Shown here: positions 64,000 through 64,000 of the stretch, piece by piece
Layout: every line of letters begins with the position of its first letter
Numbering within the stretch: position 1 is the first letter of the stretch
From: an uncultured virus (IMG/VR IMGVR_UViG_3300035454_002149)
Taxonomy: Duplodnaviria > Heunggongvirae > Uroviricota > Caudoviricetes
DNA: 64,000 bases
Virus record (IMG/VR): IMGVR_UViG_3300035454_002149
Strand: one strand, 5' to 3'
Made by a program: the position numbers and the translations under genes
Notes under the pieces: model-generated
What the model saw: only the letters and a program-made list of their open reading frames with translations
What the model was told of the DNA's origin: nothing
Databases searched by the model: none

Positions 64000-64000
64000 A

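Overview
This window is a 64-kb segment of a large T4-like (myovirus) dsDNA bacteriophage genome in the standard genetic code, densely coding and mostly on the minus strand. Recognisable core genes are uvsY, uvsX, gp32 (SSB), gp17 (large terminase), gp4 (head completion), gp19 (tube), an enlarged gp18 (sheath), gp1 (dNMP kinase), gp13 and gp14 (neck) and gp15, plus GIY-YIG and HNH homing endonucleases. Two fibre/adhesin blocks are present: a 1565-aa GPT-collagen cassette (17.8-29.5 kb) and a cluster of 17-aa-repeat fibres with autocleaving chaperone domains (49-60 kb). Both are accompanied by many glycosyltransferase, methyltransferase, nucleotidyltransferase and radical-SAM genes, which suggests a phage-encoded virion (fibre) glycosylation system resembling BclA/SgtA. 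A regulatory pattern is visible directly in the DNA: about 20 TAAATA late-promoter boxes, several near-consensus sigma70 promoters, many apparently leaderless starts, RBS-sequestering hairpins that contain the late promoter, a repeat-and-hairpin leader on gp32, and a three-hairpin leader at 61.4 kb. I found no tRNA, rRNA, CRISPR array or reverse transcriptase. All product calls come from motif recognition by eye, not from database searches.
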